A stretch of 63,476 nt of DNA, filler included, from Octopus bimaculoides (lineage: Eukaryota): the NCBI RefSeq assembly GCF_001194135.2. It is 8 parts of 6 records of this genome, joined end to end, with 100 filler letters (N's around TTAATTAATTAA, not from the genome) between each part and the next. Parts side by side here need not be neighbours in the genome. Positions count along the whole stretch, not along the records: positions 1 to 12,339 come from NC_068998.1; 7 more parts are not named here. One strand, written 5' to 3'. Each line of letters starts with the position of its first letter. Position 1 is the stretch's first letter. Positions 1-12,395 of this stretch are shown here, piece after piece. The notes under the pieces were generated by a model. That model worked only from the letters and a program-made list of their open reading frames with translations, was not told the origin of the DNA and did not search any database. A program made the translations under genes and the position numbers.

Positions 1-760
1 GGTATTGAACCTTTGCCACATTTTGCTATTGTTTATGCGATGCATAAGCTGCTCTAAATTAGCAGAGTTGGTGTAAGATACCTTCACAGTGTACTGATTA
101 AAAATTGCATGCTACCAATTAGATTTAGGAAAACATTTGTCCAAAGCAGATAAAAATTTTCCAGAGATCTTGGTTGAAACATGTGAACCGAGAATTGGGT
201 TGAACCAGGGGACATCCTGATTCCTATATCTGTTGTTAGGCTTATTTGATTGAGTGTGTTGTACAGGATTGGAACAAGCAGTTGGATTATTATGTCGTGT
301 GTGTCTATGAGTTTTCATTGGTATTTCATTGATGTGACCAATTCTTCCTGGCCTGTATTTTTTATCTGAGTGAGTTCTCAAACTGTGACATTGTGGTGGT
401 GTACAATGTGCATCACTGTTGGAGGAATTACCAGTGTTGTGTGTGCCTGCTTCCTGTATACATTGAATTTTTTCACGGTAACCAGCCCTAGCTAGAGCAG
501 CATCATAAAATGTTATTATTAGCAGATAATCTAGAGATTCTTGTAGAAATATTCTTAATTAATCCCCATATAATCGAGGGTGGATGGTTGGATGCTACGT
601 TAATGTACTTAATACGATCATTTGGCTTATAAAATGATTCAAATAATACATGATCAAGACAGAAGGTAGCATCAAGAAAATTTACTCTACAAGATAATCT
701 TTACCCATAGTAATGTTTAGTCCTAAATTTTTGAAAAGTCTAAAGAAATTCTTCCTATGC
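1..760 (-). mobile_element. Penelope-like element fragment (RT thumb and post-RT region), decayed, runs off the window edge
   Basis: Minus-strand translation gives FKNLGLNITM..NFLDATF..YKPND..YINVASNHPPSI and DVPWFNPILGSHVSTKISGKFLSALDKCFPKSNW*HAIFNQYTVKVSY, which match PLE RT C-terminal motifs (FLD, SNHPP, WFNPP, KIFNRNTVKVSY). Stops and frameshifts are present. Confidence 0.75.
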
Positions 761-1000
761 CTTGGACAGGAGATAGACAAGAATACACCTGGTTCGTCCA
801 GCTGTATCAGGAGGAAAGAAAGAAACACAAATTAGGGAAAGAAAGAAAGATGGCCGATGGTCACGTGGGAGTCATGAGAGCAAAGGAGGAAGAGTGTGGG
901 AGAGAGAGTGACAGACAGAAAACGGCGAAAGATAGATAGATAGATAAATAGATATGTATATAAATATATGTTTATATGTGCATGTGTATATATCTATATA

Positions 1001-1053
<53 letters not shown>

Positions 1054-1960
1054 CAGATTGGAAAATTTGGAATTTTTAATCATTGAAAGATAAAATGTCA
1101 GCAAAATATTTTTAAATGATGTCGTATTTCAACATGGAAACTGGGTTTCCTGTTTCTAATTGAGGTTGCTGTTGTTATCGTTGTTACAATTGTTATCTTG
1201 GTTGTTGTTGTTGTTGGGGTGTTTGTTGTCCTTCATCGTAATTTTCTTCTTATCTTTCTTGTTCGTAACTTGTTCAATTATTGAACTCTTCCTCCCCTTC
1301 CTCCTGCTCCTTCTCCCCATCTTGCTCTCCTCCTCTTCCTCCTACTTCCTATGCCTCTTCTCTCCCATCCTCACCAGCAACCCTACTAACCCATCTCTTC
1401 ATTATCACCTCTTTCCATCTTCACCTGCTTTCCCCCTCATTCTGCATCCCTCACCTACTACCTCAGCCACCACCACCACCAACACTATCACCGCCACATC
1501 CATCACCACCACTGCCATTGCAGCGACCACCGTTGCCACNNNNNNNNNNTATATACATATATATACATATATATGTGTGTGTATGTACATATATGTGTAT
1601 ATATATATATATGTGTGTGTATATATATATATTTAATTCCAACTCTTAAGAGATATTCCCCTATTTCATTAAAAGCATTATTGCTTTATTTATTTATCTA
1701 CTGGTTGCTTGCCTTTTTTCTCTCCTTCTCTATCTATCCATCAGCCTATCTATCTATCTATTTATCTATCTACCTCTCTATCTATCTGTCTATATATATA
1801 TATATATATATATATACAAATATATATATGTACATATATATATGTGTGGATCTGTCTATTTATCTATATATTTATGTATGTGTCTATGCATGTATCTATT
1901 TGTCTAATTATTTATCTATCTATTTGTCTATGAATCTAACTGTCTGTCTGTCTGTCTGTG

Positions 1961-2002
<42 letters not shown>

Positions 2003-3084
2003 ACTGTCTGCTTGTCTGTCTGTCTATCTATCTACCTTTTCAGCTATATAACTACAAATATATTTATGTATCTATCTGTCTGTCCTTCTGTTTATCTATT
2101 TCTCTCCCCACCTCTCTCCACGTCTCCCCCTCCTCCCCTCCACCTCTCTGTTTTGCTGATGTTCAAATTTTTTTCCTATTAAAATCTGTTGCAATGCTCT
2201 TATCTGGAATTGGAAAAATAAAATAAATAGAAATAATATAAAAATGATTTCCATGTAATTTACTTATTTTACATATTAAGTGAGGCAATAATGGGCTGAG
2301 AAGTGAAAATAACGAATGTAGTGGACTGCTGCTAACCAAAATATCCTGTGTTCAAATCTAATAACAATCACGTTGTTGTGCCTCTGTTTGCTCCAGTTTG
2401 GCCTGGTTAACAAAATATGAAAAAGTGAAGTCAAAAGGTAACTTCTGTGAGGTAGTTCATCTTGCTAGAAATGGTAACCAAATTTCCCTCAAATCCCACA
2501 TTACTGCTTTCAAAATGGAAGGACACTAGCTGAAACACATTTGATTGTAGGCCTAGTGGATCTTGGTTGACCAGGGGTTAAACAACAATAAATGGCCTCT
2601 AGCTAAGGCACAAGATCTGGCATTTAAAGGACTGGTGGGTTGGTGATACCATTAACCCAAGTACTTGACTGGTACTTTAATTTATTGGCCCTGCAGAAAT
2701 GAAAGATAAAATTGACCCTGGTGAGATTTGAGCTCAGAATGCAGGCAAATTCCCACAAATCCCATTTTAGTGTCTCAGAGGAGAACATGATGGTTATTCT
2801 GGGTTTTCCTTGCAGTTAGATGGGAAAAAGGACTGGATGGTCAAAGCTGGAATATCTTTGGTCATGGTTCCACTGGATCAGGGCTGACCTGAAGGTAAAC
2901 AGCAAAAAATGGCCCTTACAGTACTATTGGTTACTGTGACCTATTGACAGTGACCTATTGACCCTCACAAGTCAATAGATCACTGTTGTTGTTGTTGTTG
3001 TTGTGTAAGGTGCTGCAGTTGTCTGGCTGGTAAGTGAAGGAGGGACAAACAGCCAGATGAGGTATCTAGATTAAGTATCTACTG

Positions 3085-3600
3085 CGGACTCCATCACCAC
3101 CACCACCACCACCACCCCAACCACCCCAACCACAACAACTACAACCACCACAACCACAACCATCACCACCACCACAACCGTTACCACAACCACCACCACC
3201 ATAACCGTCACCACCACTACTACCACTACCACCATCACCACCACCAGCATAACCACCACCACCACAACCACCACCACCACAACCACAACCACCACAAACG
3301 TCACCATCACTACCACCTATACCACCACCACCACCACAACCACAACCACCACAACCACGACCATCACCACCACTACCACCACTATAATCATTACAACCGG
3401 CACCACACCACAGCACAACAACCACTGCAACAGACATCAACAGAAGCATTACAACAATCAACAATACCGCCATGACCACCACCACAACAATGACCATAAC
3501 TACCACAACAACAACAACAACCACCACTGCAACCACCATCACAACCATGACGATGATGATGACAATGATGATGATGATGCTGACAACCACCACCGCCATC
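3085..3600. repeat. Compound (ACC)n/(ACA)n/(ATG)n trinucleotide microsatellite
   Basis: Visible directly; it explains the poly-Val/Gly ORFs in the track. Confidence 0.9.
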
Positions 3601-3664
3601 ACAATTATTACAATCTGCTAAAACTTTTACTGCAATTATTTGCTTTTAATGAGACAAATGGATC

Positions 3665-4656
3665 AAACAGATGCATGTATGTGTGTGTGTGCGTGTATGT
3701 GTGTATGTATGTATGTATGTATATATGTATGTATGTGTGTGTGTATGTATGTATGTATGTATGTGTGTGTGTATGTGTGGATGTGTGGATGTATGTGTGG
3801 ATGTATATATGTATGTATGTATGTATGTATGTGTGTGGATGTATGTGCGTATGTATGTGTGTATGTATTTATNNNNNNNNNNNNNNNNNNNNNNNNNNNN
3901 NNNNNNNNNNNNNNNNNNNNNNNNNNNNNNNNNNNNNNNNNNNNNNNNNNNNNNNNNNNNNNNNNNNNNNNNNNNNNNNNNNNNNNNNNNNNNNNNNNNN
4001 NNNNNNNNNNNNNNNNNNNNNNNNNNNNNNNNNNNNNNNNNNNNNNNNNNNNNNNNNNNNNNNNNNNNNNNNNNNNNNNNNNNNNNNNNNNNNNNNNNNN
4101 NNNNNNNNNNNNNNNNNNNNNNNNNNNNNNNNNNNNNNNNNNNNNNNNNNNNNNNNNNNNNNNNNNNNNNNNNNNNNNNNNNNNNNNNNNNNNNNNNNNN
4201 NNNNNNNNNNNNNNNNNNNNNNNNNNNNNNNNNNNNNNNNNNNNNNNNNNNNNNNNNNNNNNNNNNNNNNNNNNNNNNNNNNNNNNNNNNNNNNNNNNNN
4301 NNNNNNNNNNNNNNNNNNNNNNNNNNNNNNNNNNNNNNNNNNNNNNNNNNNNNNNNNNNNNNNNNNNNNTATGTATATATGCATGCATGTACGTATGTGT
4401 GTGTATGTATGTATATATATGTATGAATGTATGTGTGTATATATGTATATATGTATGTATGTATGTATGTATGCATGTATGTATGTGTGTATGTATGAAT
4501 GTATGAATGTATGCATGTATGTATGTATATGTGTATGTGTGTATGTATGTATGTAGGTACATATACACACATACGCACACACCTACATATATACCTACAC
4601 ATGCACACACCTTCATACATGCACACACCTACATATATACATACACATGCAAGCAT

Positions 4657-4688
<32 letters not shown>

Positions 4689-4700
4689 GCATGCACATAC
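3665..4700. repeat. (TATG)n/(TG)n microsatellite switching to (CATA)n/(CA)n, spanning an N gap
   Basis: Visible directly. Confidence 0.9.
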
Positions 4701-5332
4701 ATACTCACACAAGAAGAACAACACTTAAGATAATAGAGCCTCCACTACCACCACCACCACCACCTACAACGACAGCAAGAACAACAATTACAACAACAAC
4801 AGCAAGAGCAACAGCAGCAGCAGAAATAAGAATAAAAAAAACAAAAAAAAACAAAAGTAGATCGAGTGAAGTCATTAGTTATGTCTATGGAATGGCATTA
4901 GTTATGTCTCATCTTCTATTCGGAACCTATAGATCAATAAGTAAGTAATAAGCAAAATTGATTTGCGAAGCAAACAAAAAAATTTTAAAAAAAGAACAAA
5001 AAAAAATAAATTGATAATACAAAAAAATATTATAATAATAATAATAATAAAAGAAATATTGAGAACAAACACTTAAACATGATCATTAAAATAAACAAAA
5101 TTAAATTATATAGCAAAAAACATAAAGTTAAAAATGAAAATAAAATGAAATACAATTCTCTCTCTTTTTTTTTTTTCTCTTTTTTTTGTGGAAATGTCCT
5201 TTTAAATCGAAAACAGTTTGTCACTACTTCAATTCCTAAGTGAATTTCTCTTTAGTTTCGAAACTAATGGCCACAACAACAGCAGTAGCAACAATATGTG
5301 TGTCATGTTGTGTGAGTGTTTGTGTGCGCATG

Positions 5333-5368
<36 letters not shown>

Positions 5369-5659
5369 CATATATATAGTAGATACATATATATGTGTAT
5401 ATACACACACACATACATACTTTAAATATACATGCACACACACACATATATATATATATACACACTCACATTCATACACACACACATACTTATGTATATA
5501 TGTACTAACATACATACACATGCATATCTATATATATATATATATGTATGTTTGTATGTATGTATGTATGTATATATATAGTAAAGTTATTTGCCAACAT
5601 AACATCGCAGTCCTGCATAGGACCATACATAGTTACATTCATACACATACATATATGTG

Positions 5660-6200
<541 letters not shown>

Positions 6201-7159
6201 AGAGGTAGGTTGGATGGTTTGAAAGGAGCTGATGAGCCATAAGACTAATCTCTACTGCCTGCTTTTGGCATGTTAACTTCAGAGGAATTTTCTTTGTGTG
6301 TGGTTTCTGATCTGTTGATGATGTACTGTCATTCTTTTCCTGAGAGTCATACATGTTTGTACAATATATGTGTGTGTGTGTATTTACATGCATACACACT
6401 TACACATGTACATATATATACACACATACATACATACACTAATGCATATGCACACACGCTTACAAGATATATGAGCCAATAAGAGAAGTTTTGTGTGGTC
6501 ACTGAACTTGCTATTAATATCAACTTACCACAGGGAAGGACACATTTGATAGTGTAGTCCTAAATACACGATCCAGGACTGCATTAAAGTATAGGTTTCT
6601 CACAGCTGGAACATCTTTGATGTCAAGGTCTGTTAAACCAGGGTCACCCTCAATCTATACTACCATTACAACAATAATAACAACAAAGACACAAACAAAC
6701 CAGATGAATAAGAAAAAGAGGTAGAAGTTTGGGAGCCAAAGAACAAAAAGAAAAGTCAAAGTCAAGGAAAGGAAGAGGAAAAGGCAATGGAGAAATTTCT
6801 TTCCATAATTTACAAAATTAGTTTGGTGCCAGCAAGTTGGTAAGTTAATATGATTCCATGTAAAATGGTAAGTTAATATTCTTCATAACAGTACAACAGC
6901 CAGCTGTAATTAACCAAAGTTTCTTCTAAACTAAAAACACTCCAACACATTGTCTTACTCATTATTACTCCCTCTTTCTCTCTCTCTCTCTCTCTCTGTC
7001 AGTCTCAGCCTGTCTTTCTCTCTTTCTCCTTATCTCTCTCTCTCTTTCTCTATCATTCTTTGCCTGACTTTCTCTCCCAACACTCTGTCTTTTTTCCTTC
7101 TTTTTTGTTTCAATTATTCTCTTTTCTTAATCTTTCTTTGCTTGTTTCCTCCTCCCCCC

Positions 7160-7229
<70 letters not shown>

Positions 7230-7888
7230 NNNNNNNNNNNNNNNNNNNNNNNNNNNNNNNNNNNNNNNNNNNNNNNNNNNNNNNNNNNNNNNNNNNNNNN
7301 NNNNNNNNNNNNNNNNNNNNNNNNNNNNNNNNNNNNNNNNNNNNNNNNNNNNNNNNNNNNNNNNNNNNNNNNNNNNNNNNNNNNNNNNNNNNNNNNNNNN
7401 NNNNNNNNNNNNNNNNNNNNNNNNNNNNNNNNNNNNNNNNNNNNNNNNNNNNNNNNNNNNNNNNNNNNNNNNNNNNNNNNNNNNNNNNNNNNNNNNNNNN
7501 NNNNNNNNNNNNNNNNNNNNNNNNNNNNNNNNNNNNNNNNNNNNNNNNNNNNNNNNNNNNNNNNNNNNNNNNNNNNNNNNNNNNNNNNNNNNNNNNNNNN
7601 NNNNNNNNNNNNNNNNNNNNNNNNNNNNNNNNNNNNNNNNNNNNNNNNNNNNNNNNNNNNNNNNNNNNNNNNNNNNNNNNNNNNNNNNNNNNNNNNNNNN
7701 NNNNNNNNNNNNNNNNNNNNNNNNNNNNNNNNNNNNNNNNNNNNNNNNNNNNNNNNNNNNNNNNNNNNNNNNNNNNNNNNNNNNNNNNNNNNNNNNNNNN
7801 NNNNNNNNNNNNNNNNNACAAAATAGCAAATGATTTTCTGAGAGAAATATAAATTTTAAAAACTTTAAATAATTTCAATAAGGATAAT

Positions 7889-7920
<32 letters not shown>

Positions 7921-8049
7921 CGGCCATTCTTTACAGGGTCAAGAAATACTTCAAACCCCTCTTCACTAATTCTCCCAAATCTCTAGCATATTGACCTACC
8001 ACATAAGGGCTGCTCCCACATTGAGCCAGTTATTGTAACATGGTGAATG

Positions 8050-8195
8050 ATTATTTACATTATTTACATTTGACGGATATTTGTCCTCATCTTGTTTGTT
8101 AACACATTTCGGTTGATATACCTTCCAGCCTTCAGCAGGTGTCTTGGGGAAATTTCGAACCTGGGTTCTCATTCCTAAGGTATTTTTCGATGTTG

Positions 8196-8240
<45 letters not shown>

Positions 8241-8284
8241 CATTATTATTATTCAGGTCACTGCCTGGAATCGAACTTGGAATC
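8050..8284 (-). mobile_element. Composite element copy 1: truncated tRNA-like head + (AAT)n + HHR-type tail
   Basis: Reverse complement aligns with 11240-11465. The HHR core is mutated (CTGCTGA) and lacks 3 nt (CGT) after GAAA. Confidence 0.8.
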
Positions 8285-8399
8285 TGATGCCCTACAAAGT
8301 TCAGGTGAGGTCCACAATGGAGTACTGCTTCTGCATTTGGGTCAGTGCAGCTATCCCAGTTGCATCCAGAGAAAGACCACTGGCATCCTGGACTGCATT

Positions 8400-8500
8400 C
8401 AGAGACAGATCACTCAACATTTGCTGAACGAACTGGATTTCAGGGCTTCAGCAGTTGGCCTGAAGATCGATTATATGAAAACCAAGTACATACGATCTGA
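8400..8500 (+). mobile_element. Short RTE-like LINE RT remnant
   Basis: HLLNELDFRASAVGLKIDYMKTKYI resembles the RT segment L.EL..AS..VGLKIN..KTK. Confidence 0.35.
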
Positions 8501-8699
8501 GGCTGTAGCAATCAGTCACCTAACAGTAGGAGGCTTACATGCCTCTATGATCATAAGGTTGTGAGTTCAATTTCTGGACTGGGCAGCAAGTTGCGTCCTT
8601 GAGCAAGGTATATCGGTACATCATTCCACATTGCTCCAGTCTATTTAGTAGCTCTCACATGTTCCATCTTTCACATCTTAGATGTGTTGCTAAATTCAA

Positions 8700-8790
8700 G
8701 ATGAGATGAGCATAGCTGGAAAACTTGGAGAGTGGTTACATGACTTTCTGAAACATAGAAGTCAGGCAATGGTGGTCAGGGACTCCTACA
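8700..8790 (+). mobile_element. Short CR1/L2-type LINE RT remnant
   Basis: SIAGKLGEWLHDFLKHRSQAMVV resembles GI.GKL..WI..FL..R.Q.V; a homologous segment occurs in the 18.2-20.1 kb LINE. Confidence 0.45.
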
Positions 8791-8979
8791 GTGGTGGGAG
8801 GAAGGGTGGAAGTGTTTTTCAAATTACAAATCTTTGTAACCAAGAAGTACCCATTAAAAGAACCCAAGGGGCTAGGTGGTGTTTATTTAATTGGGGCAAT
8901 GGATTAAGAAGGATACTGGGAAAAAGATACTTGGAAAATGTAGCCCTTAATATAAAAAGAAAAACAAGATGGCTATGGT

Positions 8980-9310
8980 TGGAATACCTTTAACCATAGA
9001 TCTGTTCAATCAGAACTGGCCCAGGATTAAACAAAAGCAACTGGAATGGACACAATTGATAATGTAGTCCCATAAATTCTATGCTATGTTTTGTAACACA
9101 CATACTGTCATACCTGGAATGCCTTTGGTCTATTCAGCCAGGAATGACCTAGGGTTAATCGAGAATGACTAGAAAGGACACAATTGATATTGTAGTTGCA
9201 TATATACTATGCTATGTATAGTATATACTATACTATGCTATACTGTCATACCTGGAATACCTTTGAACCCGTGTCTGCTCAATCAGGACTGACCTAGGGC
9301 TAAACAATCA
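8980..9310. repeat. Degenerate tandem repeat, ~130 bp unit, about 2.5 copies
   Basis: GGACACAATTGATA..TATGCTATG..ATACTGTCATACCTGGAAT.CCTTTG..GACCTAGGG recurs at ~9048 and ~9177. Confidence 0.6.
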
Positions 9311-9604
9311 CAAATAAATTGAATTAAGTTATGCTTGGTGGAGAAAGGATTTGGTTCCCTTTTTTTTTTGCTTAGCCAGTTTAGTTTTTAAAATGTCTTT
9401 TTCTATGTTTTAAATATTTGATGAAGTCTAGAATGTCTTGGCTTTTTGCTTGTTTTGGTTTTGAAAAGTGCAACAGCATGGAAGAATGACAAAAAAACGG
9501 CTCCGGCAGCATTCATGATTTAATAATAATATTAATAATAAACTGATTAATTTTAGAATTGGTGGTGCCACCCCACTATACCCCTGCATCTTTATATAAA
9601 ATTC

Positions 9605-9970
9605 AAAGAGGAGAGAGGAGGAGAGGGGGGAGGGGCGGAGGGTGGCGGGGGGGAATGGAGAATTTGATGAGAGGAAGTGGGGGAAGGAGGAAGAGGAGGA
9701 AGATGGTTGGAAGTGGAGCTGGAAGGGAAGAGGAGGAAGAAGTGGAGAGCAAGTGGAAGGGGGATGGGATGGGGGAAGAATTGGAGGAAGGGGTAGAGGA
9801 GGGAAGAGGAAGTGGAGGAGGAAGTAGAGGAGGAAGTGGAGGAGGAAGAGAGGGAGGAGGGGAGTGGGAAGAAAAGGAAGAGAAGAGAAAGAAGAGAAGG
9901 AGGAAAGGGAAGATAAAGTGGAGAAGGAGGAAGAAGAAGAAAAAGAAGAGGAAGAGGAGGAGGAGAGGAA
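9605..9970. repeat. Polypurine (GGA/GAA-rich) low-complexity tract
   Basis: About 360 bp almost entirely G/A on the + strand. Confidence 0.85.
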
Positions 9971-10119
9971 AGGCATTCAATTTGTTAATCATGATGTGAA
10001 AATTTCAATTTGAAATACAATTGTGTGGCACACACACACACTAAAGTACTGCTGATATATCTAGGATGGTACAGCTGTAACAACAACAACAACAACAACA
10101 ACAACACACAGCAACAACA

Positions 10120-10150
<31 letters not shown>

Positions 10151-10222
10151 ATATCCTGGATCAATCTCTTTGCCCCATGCTCCTATCAATTTGATTAACA
10201 AACCATTGTTCACCATAATACA

Positions 10223-10413
10223 GTTCTATATTTAAGAGACGAGGAATTATGTACATTATTTACATTATTTACATTTGACAGATATTTGTCCTCATCTTAT
10301 TTGTTGTCAACACAACGTTTCGGCTGATATACCCTCCAGCCTTCATCAGGCGTCTTGGGGAAATTTCCAACCTCGGTTTTCATTCCTAAGGTATTTTTTG
10401 ATGTTATCATTAT
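10223..10413 (-). mobile_element. HHR-type PLE tail module, copy 2
   Basis: Reverse complement aligns with 42060-42245 and 53385-53535, including the end AATGTAAATAATGTACATA..TCTCTTAAATATAGAACTG. Confidence 0.8.
10309..10354 (-). ncRNA. Minimal type-I hammerhead ribozyme motif, family A (best-preserved copy)
   Basis: GACGC-CUGAUGA-A-GGCUG(GAGGGUAUAU)CAGCC-GAAA-CG-UU-GUGUU: intact core, 5-bp stems I and II, palindromic ACGU in place of stem III, NUH = GUU. Confidence 0.65.
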
Positions 10414-10811
10414 TGTAAGAAACAGAAATAAATTTATTTCTCAAACGTGTGATAATGCTAAAAAATAGCGTGATCAGGATAAATTATCCATATAATGCAG
10501 AAAAATACGTTACTGGCCAGCCATGAGACTCGAACTCACATCTCTGTGATTATGCGTCAAGTGTTTTACCATTAAACTAAACTGCCCAGCAACGAATTCT
10601 TCTGCAATTTTAGAACTTATAAATTTAGCTTCATAAGACGCTAACGTTAAATTCAACTTTAAGATGAAAGTAAACAAAGTTTGTTTTTTTTTGTTTTTTT
10701 TTTCTTTTTAGAAGCGTTGAGATGTATTGTAAGAAACAGAAATAAATTTATTTCTCAAACGTGTGATAATGCTAAAAAATAGCGTGATCAGGATAAATTA
10801 TCCATATAATG
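10411..10811. repeat. 314-bp-period direct repeat running into a gap
   Basis: 10411-10497 is identical to 10725-10811. Confidence 0.7.
10514..10587 (-). pseudogene. tRNA-like sequence (CAT at the anticodon position), degenerate
   Basis: D arm GTTT/AAAC, T arm GTGAG-TTCGAGT-CTCAT and loop CGCATAA; acceptor and anticodon stems carry mismatches. Confidence 0.45.
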
Positions 10812-11046
10812 NNNNNNNNNNNNNNNNNNNNNNNNNNNNNNNNNNNNNNNNNNNNNNNNNNNNNNNNNNNNNNNNNNNNNNNNNNNNNNNNNNNNNNNNN
10901 NNNNNNNNNNNNNNNNNNNNNNNNNNNNNNNNNNNNNNNNNNNNNNNNNNNNNNNNNNNNNNNNNNNNNNNNNNNNNNNNNNNNNNNNNNNNNNNNNNNN
11001 NNNNNNNNNNNNNNNNNNNNNNNNNNNNNNNNNNNNNNNNNNNNNN

Positions 11047-11081
<35 letters not shown>

Positions 11082-11084
11082 CAC

Positions 11085-11129
<45 letters not shown>

Positions 11130-11145
11130 TATTATTATTATCATT

Positions 11146-11194
11146 ATTCAGGTCAATGCCTGGAATCGAATCGGAATCTTGGGGTTAGTAGCCC
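11146..11194 (-). mobile_element. Inverted partial copy of the tRNA-like head
   Basis: Near-exact reverse complement of 11225-11274, flanked by (TTA)n mirroring the (AAT)n on the other side. Confidence 0.8.
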
Positions 11195-11196
11195 AC

Positions 11197-11267
11197 GGGC
11201 ATACGGTGTAGTGGTTAAGAGCACAGGCTACTAACCCCAAGATTACGAGTTCGATTCCAGGTAGTGA

Positions 11268-11306
<39 letters not shown>

Positions 11307-11465
11307 CAACAACAACATCGAAAAATACCTCAGGAATGAGAACCCAGGTTCGAAATTTCCCCAAGACACCTGATGAAGGTTGGCAGATATATCAACCAAA
11401 ATGTGTTAACAACAAACAAGATGCAGACAAATATCTGCCAAATGTAAATAATGTAAATAATCATT
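11197..11465 (+). mobile_element. Composite SINE-like element copy 3: tRNA-derived head + (AAT)n(AAC)n + HHR-type PLE tail
   Basis: A box CGGTGTAGTGG (11204-11214), B box GTTCGATTC (11249-11257), then a tail matching the sequence downstream of the PLE GIY-YIG ORF at 53385; HHR-like motif at 11365-11407. Confidence 0.75.
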
Positions 11466-12099
11466 CACCATGTTACAATAACAGGCACAATGTGGGAGCC
11501 CTTATGTGGTAGGTAAATATGCTAGAGATAGTAGCCATTTTTGCCTCAGATCACATCTTACTGTTTAAATAATAAGGACCTTGAATTATGAGATTCTGGA
11601 TTTTTATGGACATATTCTACCCATGTCTATTATTATTGTTACTCAATGCAGAATAGGGTTAGCTGACCTTTGCCTTCATGCTATATTTTGGAGAATATTC
11701 TGCTCTCTAAAGAGGATGAAGACCACTCAATAACATTGATATTATTGACAAAAACACAGAGCATCAAATTGAGAATCTATCAAAGCAAAAGAGAAATAGA
11801 GATACTAGGCACAGTATATATATATATATATATATACACACACAAACATATATAATTTAAATCAGTAGACTATGATGAGGATTCAGAGAATCGTACAGCT
11901 ATCATGGAAAGCTCCTCTTATGGACTCAACTCCCAGTCCATATAATAGTCAATTATAAAATGTATAATACAGAGTGTTCATGAAACTGAAAAAACCTGAA
12001 AATCTAAGCAATAAACTTATTTTATGAGGACTATATTTAAACATTCACATACATGCATATATATAAAAAGTATACAGTAAAGCATAGTGTAAAGTAGTT

Positions 12100-12248
12100 G
12101 GTATTAGGAAGGGTATCCAACTGCAGAAACCATGCTAAAACAGATAGTATAGCTTAGCGCAATCCTCTGGTTCACCAGCTCCTGTCAAGTTCTCCTATGC
12201 ATGCCAGCATGGAAAGCGGACGTTAAACGATGATGATGATGATGATGA
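12100..12248 (+). mobile_element. SINE family 3, 3' part ending in (GAT)n
   Basis: TTAGGAAGGGTATCC..GCATGGAAAGCGGACGTTAAACGATGATGAT; reverse-complement copies at 36068, 37680 and 38875. Confidence 0.6.
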
Positions 12249-12307
12249 AAGAATGAGAGAGAGCAAAAGAGATACGCACATATACATATATATGTATGTA
12301 TATATGC

Positions 12308-12339
<32 letters not shown>

Positions 12340-12383
12340 NNNNNNNNNNNNNNNNNNNNNNNNNNNNNNNNNNNNNNNNNNNN

Positions 12384-12395
12384 TTAATTAATTAA
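12384..12395. other. Artificial contig-joining linker TTAATTAATTAA (also at 20803, 30797, 35764, 39221, 41824 and 55668)
   Basis: Identical 12-mer centred in N runs seven times; it encodes stops in all six frames. Confidence 0.9.
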
